A stretch of DNA of 64,000 nucleotides from a virus (lineage: Duplodnaviria; Caudoviricetes). The notes under the pieces are model-generated. The model was not told the DNA's origin and did no database searches. It saw only the letters and a list, made by a program, of their open reading frames with translations. This document shows positions 1-10,447 of this stretch, piece after piece. Both the position numbers and the translations under genes were made by a program. Numbering within the stretch: the first letter of the stretch is position 1; each line of letters begins with the position of its first letter. The stretch is taken from positions 1 through 64,000 of the IMG/VR virus record IMGVR_UViG_3300032218_002273. One strand, written 5' to 3'.

Positions 1-1
1 C

Positions 2-970
2 AAAATTACTGGATTAGCTGCTGGATCAGCAAATGGTGATGCTGTAAGATATGAACAAGTTCTTTTACTCGCAGGCGGTACAATGTCTGGTGCTATTGCT
101 ATGGGTAGCAATAAGATTACCGGTCTTTCAGATCCTTCTGCTGCTTCACAAGATGCCGCAAGTGCCGCTTATGTTGATGCTGCCGGTGGGTTAAGTTCTG
201 GTCTTGCTGCTAGTGGAACAAACATTTCTATGTCTGCAACAGCTAGAAAAATTTCAGTTTCTTCTGGCTCAACAGCAACAAAAGTTATCTTGCCTTTGTT
301 ATCAACTTTAGTTGTAGGTGAACAATGTAACATTATAAACTCAAGTTCGGCTACTCTAACAATTAGAAATCCAGGAGATACTGCTGATGTTGCTACTTTA
401 CCTCCAGGACATATGGCATTTATAACTGTAGCTAATTTAACTTCACCGGGAGCATTTGGTTCTGCGGTTGTTCAACTTAGACAGAATGGATATAATGCAG
501 CAAGTTCTAAAATAACCAATTTAGCAGCCGGTACTGCAAATGGTGATGCTGTAAGATATGAGCAAGTTCTTCTTTTAGCCGGTGGAACAATGTCAGGTGC
601 TATCGCTATGGGTAGCAATAAAATCACCGGACTTGCTAATCCTACCGCAGGATCACAAGAAGCTGCAACTGCTAAGTATGTTGATGATGCTATAGCTGCA
701 ATTCCTTCTAGTGGAAGTTTTGATAAAGAAAAATTCACTCTTACTGTAACAGATATTGCTAACGGGTATATAACATTAGCTAGATTAGCTAAGTCAAAAT
801 CAATTAAAGCGTCTGTAGGAAGATTATGTATTCACGAAGGTGCTTCTGACGACTATACTGTAAGCACTATTGGAGGAGTATCTAGAATTACATTCTTGAA
901 CTCTTTAATTTATCCAGGTGTTGAAGCTCTAGTTGCAGGTGACGTTGTTTTCGTAGAATACTCTTACTAA
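2..970 (+). CDS. Tail fibre-like structural protein, 5'-truncated by the window edge
   Basis: Frame is open from base 2 (KITGLAAGSANGDAVRYEQVLLLAGGTMSG...), upstream of the tracked ATG at 83. Repeats of GGTMSGAIAMGSNKITGL..P....AA...YVD, a motif typical of phage fibre proteins. Followed by a terminator. Confidence 0.65.
   Translation, partial: KITGLAAGSANGDAVRYEQVLLLAGGTMSGAIAMGSNKITGLSDPSAASQDAASAAYVDAAGGLSSGLAASGTNISMSATARKISVSSGSTATKVILPLLSTLVVGEQCNIINSSSATLTIRNPGDTADVATLPPGHMAFITVANLTSPGAFGSAVVQLRQNGYNAASSKITNLAAGTANGDAVRYEQVLLLAGGTMSGAIAMGSNKITGLANPTAGSQEAATAKYVDDAIAAIPSSGSFDKEKFTLTVTDIANGYITLARLAKSKSIKASVGRLCIHEGASDDYTVSTIGGVSRITFLNSLIYPGVEALVAGDVVFVEYSY
29..561 (+). repeat. Intragenic direct repeat in the fibre gene (copies start at about 29 and 536)
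   Basis: GCAAATGGTGATGCTGTAAGATATGA is identical at 29-54 and 536-561, and similarity continues for about 70 more nt. Confidence 0.9.
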
Positions 971-1042
971 TTATTAAAAGAGATGAAATTACAAACGCTT
1001 CGTCTATGGATTTTACATTACTTTAAGGCCTAGCGTTTTAAT

Positions 1043-1066
1043 AAGGAGGGGTAAAACCCTCCTTTT
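1043..1066 (+). terminator. Intrinsic terminator
   Basis: AAGGAGGG-GTAAAA-CCCTCCTT followed by TT, downstream of the stop at 970. Confidence 0.7.
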
Positions 1067-1084
1067 ACTAACTAATATGTTGAT

Positions 1085-1094
1085 TTAACAACTA
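1085..1094 (+). promoter_or_regulatory. Putative late promoter motif TTAACAACTA
   Basis: One of 10 intergenic copies; 18 nt upstream of ATG 1113, with GGAG in between. Confidence 0.7.
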
Positions 1095-1112
1095 ATTATA
1101 GGAGAAAAACAT

Positions 1113-1556
1113 ATGAAACATGATTTTGAAAAGTTGCTAAAGGAAAAGGGTAAACCTTTAAATGCAGAAAGTGCTAAGGTTATGAAAGACTCTCTTCATG
1201 GACTAAATGAAATGATCAAAGACGGTCTTGGAAAAGATATGTCAGGATTAAAGAAAGTCACAGTAGCTTCAAATTCTGCCGAAGGTTTAAAAGAAGGTTT
1301 AGACGCTGCTAAAGAAAAAGTAGAAGAAAAACCAGAAGATAAAATCGCCAAAGAAGAAGAATCAGAATCTCCAAAACATGAAGCATCAGAATCTCCTTCT
1401 GAAGAAAATGTAGAAGAAAAAGTTGCAGAAGATATGTCTTCGATGTCAGAAGAAGAAAAGATTGCATTTCTAGAAAAGCAACTAGAAGAATTAAAAGCAA
1501 AAAAGAAAGGAAGCGAATTAGCTTCGGCTAAAGATTCTATTAAATCAATTTTCTAA
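1113..1556 (+). CDS. Hypothetical acidic E/K-rich protein
   Basis: 147-aa ORF with GGAG RBS and upstream late motif; no family recognised. Confidence 0.7.
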   Translation: MKHDFEKLLKEKGKPLNAESAKVMKDSLHGLNEMIKDGLGKDMSGLKKVTVASNSAEGLKEGLDAAKEKVEEKPEDKIAKEEESESPKHEASESPSEENVEEKVAEDMSSMSEEEKIAFLEKQLEELKAKKKGSELASAKDSIKSIF

Positions 1557-1567
1557 GCGAGGTTGTC

Positions 1568-2551
1568 ATGGCTTCTAATAAGTCGGCACTCACTACAGAT
1601 AAAATCATTGCGTCAATTAAAAGACGTACTATGATGCCTGAATCTTCTATTACATTTTCAAAAGATGATTTAATTGAATTTTTAAATGAAGAAATGAGTA
1701 TAGGGGTAATTCCTTCTATTCTTCAAATGAAAGATGAATATCTTGTCTATAGAGATGTAGTAGAAATTGAATCTGGCGTGAGTATTTATCCTATTCCATC
1801 AAGAGCAATTGGTAACAAATTGAGAGAAGTGGCTTATTCTGATGATTCTATAAATGAGTATAATATGACTCAAATAGAATTAGATAATAAAATTAGTAAC
1901 AACTTTCTATCTCAAGGTGGATTTTACGCATCTCAATTTTACATTCAAGGTTCTGACATACATCTACACCCAAGCAATTCTAACTATTCCGGTTACTTAT
2001 TTATTTATTATTATATGAGACCTAATTTTTTAGTACAAGATAATAAAGTGGGAGTAATTACATCAATAGATAGAACAGCAGGAGTCATTACATTAGATAA
2101 CATACCTTCTAACTACGCGGCTGTTAGTAGCGGTATTACTACAATAAAAGCTAAAGAGTTTGATTTTGTAAGCTCAGATTCTCCAAATAAAATTATTGCG
2201 TGGGATATACCGGGAACTATAAATTCAGAATCTCACACAATAACACTAGAAAATCCTTCTGTAATACCCTCTAATTTGAAAGAGGGAGATTATATGCCAG
2301 TTGCCGGAGAAACCTGTATACCAAACATACCCACAGAATTGCATCCGGTACTAGCTCAAAGAGTTGCTTTGAGAGTACTAGAAGCTCTGGGAGATTCTAC
2401 TGGGTTAGCTAATGCTAGAGTTAAACTAGAAGAGATGGAATCTAAAACAGGTGTTTTAATTGATTCTAGAGTCGAAGGATCTCCTGTAAAAATTAAAAAT
2501 AGACAAATGCAGTATACCCTTAGAGGTAGATTTATGAGAGGAACTTTTTAA
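1568..2551 (+). CDS. Head-tail adaptor / tail tubular protein A-like
   Basis: 327 aa, immediately before the large nozzle-like gene. N-terminal IIASIKRR...LIEFLNEE and C-terminal PTELHPVLAQRVA helices resemble podophage adaptors. Mainly a synteny call. Confidence 0.5.
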   Translation: MASNKSALTTDKIIASIKRRTMMPESSITFSKDDLIEFLNEEMSIGVIPSILQMKDEYLVYRDVVEIESGVSIYPIPSRAIGNKLREVAYSDDSINEYNMTQIELDNKISNNFLSQGGFYASQFYIQGSDIHLHPSNSNYSGYLFIYYYMRPNFLVQDNKVGVITSIDRTAGVITLDNIPSNYAAVSSGITTIKAKEFDFVSSDSPNKIIAWDIPGTINSESHTITLENPSVIPSNLKEGDYMPVAGETCIPNIPTELHPVLAQRVALRVLEALGDSTGLANARVKLEEMESKTGVLIDSRVEGSPVKIKNRQMQYTLRGRFMRGTF

Positions 2552-5500
2552 ATGGCTACTAATTTAACCCTTAATCCAAGAGGGTTATACACTAATTATA
2601 ATTCGCTTTCTCAAGTTGAAAGCGGCAGCTTACTTAAAGCTGATAATGTTATATTAGATCAAAAAGGAACTATAAAAAAACGAAGAGGAATCAAATATTA
2701 CGGAGAGTTATTTTCAGAAGAATTTGGTAGCCTTAGCGTAAGAGCTAGGCAATTATTAGAATATAAAGGTAGGATTATACGCCATGTACTTGATAAGTTA
2801 TCGTTCGATGATGGTACAGGACAGTTTACTAGTTTTACTGGCAGTTATTCTGATAATTCTATTGGTGCTAGAATTAGGGGAATAGAGTATAAAGGGAATT
2901 ATTATTTTACGTCTGATGATGGTGTAAAAAAAATATCAGTAAAAAAAACAACTGATCTTAATTCAAATAGCATTTTAGATTCTGGAGTAGCGGCTTCTTA
3001 TGGATTAAAAACACAAGTTATTTTAGATGGTTCTGGTTTTTTAGGATTGGATACATCAACAGGTACTATTAAGTATGTAAAACAACATACTTCATATAGA
3101 GTAACTTGGGGTTATACAGATAATAACAATCTTTTAATAGAAAGTGCTCCTAGTGCCATAGTTTATGCTGAAAATCAATATGCTGATTTATTTTCAGTAG
3201 ATTGTACTATTTATGTACCAAAACATATAAACACTAATTATTTTTTTAGATTATATAGAAGTGAAGTTAGGGCGCAAGATTCAGCTTTATCAACAGAATT
3301 TAATTTAATATTTCAAAGAAAAGTAACGGATGAAGAAATTAATAAAGGATCTTTAATATATACAGATTCTTTATCAGAAGAATCCAGAGCAGCAGGAATT
3401 CCTTTATATGTAAATCCATACTCAGGAGACGGAGAAGTATCTTCAAATTTTAGCCCTCCTTTTGCATCAGATATCACTTTATATCAAAACCACATATTTT
3501 ATGCTAATACAAGAAATAAACATACTAAAATTATATCTTTGCAAGATTTATCTGAGTTAAACGGTTCTCAGTTACAGTTAATTAAACCTGATGAAAGTAT
3601 AAGAACTTTTGTATTTCAAGGTAAAAAAGAACAGTCTACAATTGCTATTCAATCTAAATCTTTTTATAACTCTCCTCAATTTGGAGATTATTTTTTATTA
3701 AATAGTGCTAGAAATGAAAGAAGATATTTTGCGCATATTTTAACAGAAGATGTTAAAGTATCTACTACAGCAAATAGTAATATCATAGCAGTTAATACAT
3801 TTACGTTTACAGGAAATACAACTATATCTTCAGATCTTATAAAATCAATCTCTGGTATCACAACTGGATTTAATTTATATAAAGGTATGTTTATATCCGG
3901 TACAGGAATTGCTAATGATTTAGTATATATTAAAGACATATATCAGGACGAATCAAGTAATCTAACTGTACAACTAAGCGCCCCTATAACCGGACTAGGT
4001 GCGACAGGAGTACAATTTACAACTAGTTATAGCTCTAGATTTACTCCGGGATTTTCCCTAGAAAGTACTTCTACAACAACTATTACTGACAGCAAAGGTA
4101 TTACAACTACAACAAAAGTTATCCCGGAAGATACAATTATAGTATCTATAAATACAAAATATATAACCCTAAATACCATATGTCCTTCTACTGCATCTAA
4201 TATATCTGTAATTACATCTCCTAATACAGCATATACTAATGGAAGAATACCAATTATTATTGATTTAAGACCTCACACATTTACAGGAACTTTTTCTAGT
4301 CCTAAAATTACTGGGATATCCGGTACAGTTATTCAAGATTTAGTTATAGGACAAACCGTAACTCAAGCCTCTCCATCTACTTTTTCAGCTAAAATTGAAA
4401 GTATTTCACAAACAACGGGAGTTTCTACTTACGAAATTACATTAAACTCCATAACAGGTACAGCATCAGGAACTTCATTTATATCAGAATCGGTAACTGA
4501 TCAAGCAGTCGCTGGAGAATTTTCAAATTCAATAGCAGAATTAGATGATTTTTTAGGAAACTCAGGTATACCTATACAAGGTAACTTATCTCTTACAAGT
4601 GATCCGGTTGAAAGTAAAAAAATTACTCAAGTAAATAGTATTTTTGCACAAAATTTAATTCCAGGTCAAATAATAACAGGAGCAGGAATACCTTCTTCTT
4701 CATATATTGAGGCTATATCGGTTGATTTGATAAATAGCACTTCAACTACAACTTATTACACAATAACTCTAAATCAATCCGTATCCTACAGCTTACAACA
4801 GGCGAATTTATTGGTAACTTCTTTTCCATTAACAGCCACTACTACCAACACAAGCTACATATTAGATAATATATCCCATCAGTTTATAAATTCAATACCA
4901 TTAAATAAAATTATATCAGGAACAGGAATACAAGCCAACACCACTATTAAAGCAATTGCTGTAAATGAGGCGGTAGGAAGTAATATTTCAGCAGTCATAA
5001 CAAAAGATAGCTATGTTATTACAAATATACCAGCATCAAATTTTATAGATACTGAATTTTTAAAAGTTGGAAAATATATAAAATCAATAAGTTTTCCGGA
5101 TAATTGCATAATTACAGAAGTAAATAGCGCAGCACGTACTATTACTATAAATCAAAAAGCTACAACTTCTGGAACAACTTTTGTTAGATCTCATAATACA
5201 ATAACCTTAAGTAAACCTACAACAGCAACAGGAAGTAAAATAGCTTTAAGTATTGGGGATAATTCAACTTATCCTATAGTTATTAATTGTAGATTTGTAA
5301 CAATTCAAAATGAGTCTAATGGATATTCTGATTCTGTTTCTGATGGAGCTTCTCCTAATAGTACAGGATTAACTTTTGTGACTGTGCAGGAAGGTTTAGG
5401 GGAAAATAAAAATTCCTCAACTGGACTATTCACTAATATTTTAGTCGAGGATAGCGGTCATTATAATAAACAAGATAGTATTGATATTACAGCTAGAAGT

Positions 5501-7912
5501 GTTGTAGATGTAATTAATAATGACGTTGAGTTATTTAACTTTACTGGAAGCATAACTTCTGGAAGTAGTGTCATAACAGGCATATCTATTGAGCATAAAA
5601 ATAATATTATAATTGGAAGGTATATAAAATCTAATAATCACGTTATCCCTGCAGGAACTAAGATAATCAGTGAAGTTATTCAAACCGAAGGTCAAAACAC
5701 CTATCAAGTTCTTATAAGCAATCAGGCTACTGGAACAGATACTAATTTTACTTTAGAAAAAAAGCACTATACTGCAATTTATTTAGGAGGAGGTCAAATT
5801 TCTATTTCAAATTATGGATTAGAAGATACGCCTTTTTGGATATGCGCTAATAATATTTCAGACACTTCAAAAATACCTACCTTAGTTAGAAATTGGTTTC
5901 CTAATTTATCTAATCCGGATAATTTAATACAAGACGAAGCTTCAGACGCTTCAAAAAATTCCAATGCTTTATATTTTTCAAAAAGAGATCAGCCAGAATC
6001 TGTACCATTAGGTTATCAACTTCTTGTCGGAAGTAGCGATGAGCCTATTTTAAGAATAATACCTCTTAGAGAAAGTTTGTTTATTTTTAAAACAGATGGA
6101 TTATTTAGATTAACAGGTTATGATGTCAGTAATTTCTCCGTTACTCTTTTTGATAATACAGCTATTTTAAAAGCTGTAGACAGCGCTGTAGTTTTAAGAA
6201 ATCAAATTTATTTTTTTGGTACGCAAGGTGTTTCTAGAGTATCAGAAGGTGGTATTCAAAAAATATCAAATCCTATTGATGATAAATTAATACCTTTTAT
6301 AACTAGTTGTCCTAATTTATCTAATTTAACTTTTGGCATATCTTATGAAACAGATGAGAGTTATTTATTATGGACAGCATATAAAGAATATGATACCATA
6401 GCTAAAGTTGCATATAGATATAATTTATATACAGATTCGTGGGTTGAGTGGAATATTTCAAAAACTTGCGCTGTATTAAATTCAAACGAAGATAAACTAT
6501 ATTTCGGAAGTGGAGAAGAAGCTACCTTGGAAGTGGAGAGAAAAAATTTTAATAGATATGATTTCTGCGATAGAGAGATATTACTGGAACTTCCACCGGA
6601 ATCTTTTTCTGGTACATTGATTGTACCTACTAACGGATTATTAGCCGGAGTAGGAGATATTATATATCAATTACAGGGAGTTACCATAAATCAATTTAAT
6701 CAATTTTTACAAATTGTATCTAAAAATGCATATAGTCCTTCTTTAGTATTACCGACCTCAGTACTTAATAAAACCACAGTCCAGTTGGACTCATCTTCTA
6801 TAGCAAACTTACAAGTAGGAGATCCTATAGCCGAACAAAATCAAGTAGTGCCTTCTAATACGTATATCACTGAAATTTCTGATAATGTGATAACTTTAAA
6901 CAAGGAACTATTATGTTCAATAGGAGATGCTGTCATAAAATCTATTGAACAAACAACAACAACTTTAACATTTTTTGATACAACCGGGCTGAAAGTTGGC
7001 TTGGTACTTAACGCAACCTCTTCTGATTTAAAAACACAAGTATTCTCAGAAATAGCTACTATCACATCCATAAATGGAAGTACTGTGGTAGTAGACAAAA
7101 CTACAACTACGGCTTTTATTGGTCAAAAAATAAAATGCAATATTACCTATCCTATGACTTATGTGCAAAATAAAATATTATCGTATAAGATGGTCGGAGG
7201 AGATAACTTAGCTTATAAATTAGCTGAACTTGTTCCTTATTTAAATACTTTGGAACAGCAAACAATTCCAGCAGATTCTTTTACGGATTTTTATTTAAAA
7301 ACAGAATTTAAATATGATGATTCTAAAACCAGCGTTGCAGAATTGCAACTTCAATTTTTTCAAATTGTAGATAGAGTAAACACATCCCCTGGATTTTTTT
7401 GCGCCCCTTGCCCTAAATATAATAGATTCACCCCTATTGAAGGTAAAGTTATATCGAAAAGTTTGTTTGATAATAAAATTATACTAGATAGAGAATATCC
7501 TTTTCTACAAGGCAGCATGTTTTGTTTTAAAGCAATACCTACAAATGTCATCTTTGTTCCTCAAACTGGAGAGGATGCTTCTAGTTTAAAACAATTTCAA
7601 TCATGTCAAGTTATTTTTAATAATAGAAGTATTAGTAATGCTCGTATTGGATTTAGTAGTGATGTTAGTTCTGACTACGAGTATGTAGATTTTGTAATAA
7701 CTTCAGCAAATACTTGGGGTAATTTTACATGGGATACGGGAGTTTGGGGTGGGGAAGGAGATAAAGCTCCTCTGAGAACTTATGTTCCAGCTAGAAAACA
7801 GCGCTGTAGATTTATTCAAATTAGTTTTGTTCATTTAGACGCTTTAGAGAATTTTAACCTGTATGGACTATCATTAAGCTACACTCAAAGTAGTGATAGA
7901 GCGTACAGATAA
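2552..7912 (+). CDS. Tail nozzle / tubular protein B-like (P22 gp10 / T7 gp12 type), enlarged by inserted repeats
   Basis: 1786 aa. Start NPRGLYT...ADNVILD...IKKRRG, propeller-like LYFSKRDQPESVP...LFIFKTDGLFRL segment, and end WG.FTW..GVWGG...RCRFIQISF all fit this class. Confidence 0.6.
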   Translation: MATNLTLNPRGLYTNYNSLSQVESGSLLKADNVILDQKGTIKKRRGIKYYGELFSEEFGSLSVRARQLLEYKGRIIRHVLDKLSFDDGTGQFTSFTGSYSDNSIGARIRGIEYKGNYYFTSDDGVKKISVKKTTDLNSNSILDSGVAASYGLKTQVILDGSGFLGLDTSTGTIKYVKQHTSYRVTWGYTDNNNLLIESAPSAIVYAENQYADLFSVDCTIYVPKHINTNYFFRLYRSEVRAQDSALSTEFNLIFQRKVTDEEINKGSLIYTDSLSEESRAAGIPLYVNPYSGDGEVSSNFSPPFASDITLYQNHIFYANTRNKHTKIISLQDLSELNGSQLQLIKPDESIRTFVFQGKKEQSTIAIQSKSFYNSPQFGDYFLLNSARNERRYFAHILTEDVKVSTTANSNIIAVNTFTFTGNTTISSDLIKSISGITTGFNLYKGMFISGTGIANDLVYIKDIYQDESSNLTVQLSAPITGLGATGVQFTTSYSSRFTPGFSLESTSTTTITDSKGITTTTKVIPEDTIIVSINTKYITLNTICPSTASNISVITSPNTAYTNGRIPIIIDLRPHTFTGTFSSPKITGISGTVIQDLVIGQTVTQASPSTFSAKIESISQTTGVSTYEITLNSITGTASGTSFISESVTDQAVAGEFSNSIAELDDFLGNSGIPIQGNLSLTSDPVESKKITQVNSIFAQNLIPGQIITGAGIPSSSYIEAISVDLINSTSTTTYYTITLNQSVSYSLQQANLLVTSFPLTATTTNTSYILDNISHQFINSIPLNKIISGTGIQANTTIKAIAVNEAVGSNISAVITKDSYVITNIPASNFIDTEFLKVGKYIKSISFPDNCIITEVNSAARTITINQKATTSGTTFVRSHNTITLSKPTTATGSKIALSIGDNSTYPIVINCRFVTIQNESNGYSDSVSDGASPNSTGLTFVTVQEGLGENKNSSTGLFTNILVEDSGHYNKQDSIDITARSVVDVINNDVELFNFTGSITSGSSVITGISIEHKNNIIIGRYIKSNNHVIPAGTKIISEVIQTEGQNTYQVLISNQATGTDTNFTLEKKHYTAIYLGGGQISISNYGLEDTPFWICANNISDTSKIPTLVRNWFPNLSNPDNLIQDEASDASKNSNALYFSKRDQPESVPLGYQLLVGSSDEPILRIIPLRESLFIFKTDGLFRLTGYDVSNFSVTLFDNTAILKAVDSAVVLRNQIYFFGTQGVSRVSEGGIQKISNPIDDKLIPFITSCPNLSNLTFGISYETDESYLLWTAYKEYDTIAKVAYRYNLYTDSWVEWNISKTCAVLNSNEDKLYFGSGEEATLEVERKNFNRYDFCDREILLELPPESFSGTLIVPTNGLLAGVGDIIYQLQGVTINQFNQFLQIVSKNAYSPSLVLPTSVLNKTTVQLDSSSIANLQVGDPIAEQNQVVPSNTYITEISDNVITLNKELLCSIGDAVIKSIEQTTTTLTFFDTTGLKVGLVLNATSSDLKTQVFSEIATITSINGSTVVVDKTTTTAFIGQKIKCNITYPMTYVQNKILSYKMVGGDNLAYKLAELVPYLNTLEQQTIPADSFTDFYLKTEFKYDDSKTSVAELQLQFFQIVDRVNTSPGFFCAPCPKYNRFTPIEGKVISKSLFDNKIILDREYPFLQGSMFCFKAIPTNVIFVPQTGEDASSLKQFQSCQVIFNNRSISNARIGFSSDVSSDYEYVDFVITSANTWGNFTWDTGVWGGEGDKAPLRTYVPARKQRCRFIQISFVHLDALENFNLYGLSLSYTQSSDRAYR

Positions 7913-8313
7913 TGTCTAAGTTATCTTGTAAAAAAATAAATATAAATGACTATAGTACTAATAATCAAGCAGATATTAGTAAATTAGCTAGATCTTTAAA
8001 CCCTTTAATGGATGACTTAGAGCGTTTATTTAGAAAAAACTTAACTGTCAGTGATAACCTACCATTTCAATATGTTACATTTTCTTGTTCTGTAGATGCC
8101 AATGGAACCCCCACAGCTAAAACAAAAATAACCTCTTCCTTAACAACTACTATTAAAGGGTGCATTGTAGTAAATGCTAGTAATTCCACAACGTCTCCCA
8201 CTTCTGCAGTATACGTTTATTTAAGCTTTTCTGGATCTGAGATAGAAGTTAAGAAAGTTTTTGGTTTGCCAGCAGAAACTACTTTTGATATTACCATTTT
8301 ATTAGTGAGCTAA
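7912..8313 (+). CDS. Small tail-module protein
   Basis: 133 aa, coupled to the upstream stop (TAATG); beta-rich C-terminus. Confidence 0.55.
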   Translation: MSKLSCKKININDYSTNNQADISKLARSLNPLMDDLERLFRKNLTVSDNLPFQYVTFSCSVDANGTPTAKTKITSSLTTTIKGCIVVNASNSTTSPTSAVYVYLSFSGSEIEVKKVFGLPAETTFDITILLVS

Positions 8314-8314
8314 T

Positions 8315-10447
8315 ATGTCAGTAGGTACGGAAGAATTAAAAAAACAGTTTGCAGGCTTTGATGATCAAGGCAATCCTGTTTTTGACGGAGGAAATGGTCA
8401 ATTTAATTCTTTGGATAAAAGCCAATTTACAGAATTAACTAAAGAACTTCAAACAGAACAACCTAATAAAAAATTCTCAACACACTTTTCAGATTATCAA
8501 GCTAATGAAATAACTAAACAAAATAAATATCTAGGACAAGATGCTCAAGGTAATTCAGTATTTCAAAATGCATCTGGTATTATTGATAAAGCTAAAGGAA
8601 GTTTTAGCGAGGGGTTAAAGAGAAAGTTTGGAGATGTAACTTTTGATAAATCACAAGTAGGGTATTCTAATCAAAAGTTAGGAGAAAATGAAGCTAGAGC
8701 AGTAAATGTAAATAACCAAGTTGGCATGAACACTAATGCAAATGTTAATACTAAAAAATTTGGAACTCCTCAATTAGCTTCTCAACAACCAGCTCCTCCA
8801 ACACCAACTAACACTTCAAGACCAGAATCTAAAATACAACAACAATTTGGTACTTTTGATGCCAATAAAAAAATTCAATCAAGCATAAATAATACTCAAC
8901 CTCAACAAAAGCAACCTAAACCTCAACTACCTCAGTTGCCTCAATTACCTCAAGTACAACAAGCGCAACAGCAAGTACAGCAACAAGTAAACCAACAAGT
9001 TAAACCTCAAGTGCAGCAAGCACAACAACAAGTAAACCAACAAGTAAATCAAGCAAAGACTTATGGACAAAATTTACTTAATCAATATGTGCCTCAAAAT
9101 AGTCAAATGGCAGATACCTTAAAACAAGGCAAGGATATTTATAGCAATGCTCAAGATTTTATGAACATGGCTAATCAATTTAAAGATCCTAGACAGGCAG
9201 CAATCGAATATGCTAAACAACAAGCAAGTCAAAAATTAGGCGATTTAGTAAATCAAGGATTACAACAAAGTGGATTTACGGATCAAATGAATCAAATGGG
9301 TTATGGAGATTTAAGTTCAAAAGCTGGATCAGCTTTAGTAGGATCTTTATTACAGGGTGGAAATATAGCTAAAAATTTAGAGAATGCCGCTATTCAACAA
9401 AGTAAAGATGCACTTGTAAATAAAGGTATTCAAACTGCTGCAACTTCAACTTTAGGAAACACAGCTTTAAGTTCAGTCCCAGGAGGAGCAGGGGCTATTG
9501 CTGCAGGACTTCAAGGATTTTTAGGTGGAGATAATGCTCAAGATAGAGGGGCTGCAGCATCTAAAGCAGCAGCTATGGCAGCAGCTCAGGCAGCTTTAGC
9601 AGGCTCTACTATGGGTTTAAGTTATTTGGTAAATCCTGATACATTGAATATGGCATCAGGTTTAACAGATAAATTATCTAATAAAGTAGATAACTGGGGA
9701 GTTGTTGGTAAACCTTTAGGAAATGTATTAGATGTAGGATCTTTTGGTCTTAAAAACGCTGCTAATGCTTTAGGTGGAGCTATGGATGTTGTGGGAGGAT
9801 TCGGCGGAGATACATTTAATAGCATAAATAAAACTTTTAAAGGTGCTAAAGATAGCGTAAAAAAACTAACTCAGGGGGATATCTTAGGTGGATTAGGTGG
9901 CTTAGGATCAACTGCATTAAAAGGAGCTTTTGAAAATTTAATTAAAAATCCTGCAAATATGATTGGTAATGCTGGTAAAGCAGTTGGTAATTTTGTTAAG
10001 GGATTATTTTGTTTTGAAGGGGATACGCTTATTGTTATGGAAGATGGTAGTACAAAGCGTATTGACGAAATTAAAGTTGGTGATAAAATAATGTTAGGAG
10101 GATTTGTTAAGTTAATTTCAGAAGGACTAACACAAGACATGTATGATTATAACGGAGTAATTGTAAGTGGTGGTCACGCAGTATTAGAAGATGGTAAATG
10201 GACTAGAGTTTCAGATAGTAAAGATGGTAAAAATTTAGAAAGAAAAGAACCTACTATGGTATATACATTAGCTACTGAACATCACTTAATTATGACAGCA
10301 GATTATCAAGTATGGTCTGATGTTGAGGAAGTTGAAGATACATTTAATAAAACTGATGATGATATTATTAAAGAACTTAATGCTAGTAAAAAATTAAATA
10401 AGATTTTAGAAACAAAAACTGCGGAGCTTAAAGATGGAAATAGCTAA
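8315..10447 (+). CDS. Putative internal virion/ejection protein with a C-terminal Hint domain
   Basis: Q/P-rich linker and G/A-rich hydrophobic region, then CFEGDTLIVM...IDEIKVGD...VSGGHAV...VYTLATEHH (Hint blocks A, B, F) from Cys566 (codon 10010-10012). Confidence 0.7.
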   Translation: MSVGTEELKKQFAGFDDQGNPVFDGGNGQFNSLDKSQFTELTKELQTEQPNKKFSTHFSDYQANEITKQNKYLGQDAQGNSVFQNASGIIDKAKGSFSEGLKRKFGDVTFDKSQVGYSNQKLGENEARAVNVNNQVGMNTNANVNTKKFGTPQLASQQPAPPTPTNTSRPESKIQQQFGTFDANKKIQSSINNTQPQQKQPKPQLPQLPQLPQVQQAQQQVQQQVNQQVKPQVQQAQQQVNQQVNQAKTYGQNLLNQYVPQNSQMADTLKQGKDIYSNAQDFMNMANQFKDPRQAAIEYAKQQASQKLGDLVNQGLQQSGFTDQMNQMGYGDLSSKAGSALVGSLLQGGNIAKNLENAAIQQSKDALVNKGIQTAATSTLGNTALSSVPGGAGAIAAGLQGFLGGDNAQDRGAAASKAAAMAAAQAALAGSTMGLSYLVNPDTLNMASGLTDKLSNKVDNWGVVGKPLGNVLDVGSFGLKNAANALGGAMDVVGGFGGDTFNSINKTFKGAKDSVKKLTQGDILGGLGGLGSTALKGAFENLIKNPANMIGNAGKAVGNFVKGLFCFEGDTLIVMEDGSTKRIDEIKVGDKIMLGGFVKLISEGLTQDMYDYNGVIVSGGHAVLEDGKWTRVSDSKDGKNLERKEPTMVYTLATEHHLIMTADYQVWSDVEEVEDTFNKTDDDIIKELNASKKLNKILETKTAELKDGNS

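Noticed and set aside
8920-9060. PQL and QQQV tandem repeats as a DNA-level repeat element
   Set aside because: Explained as a low-complexity protein linker with synonymous variation between units.
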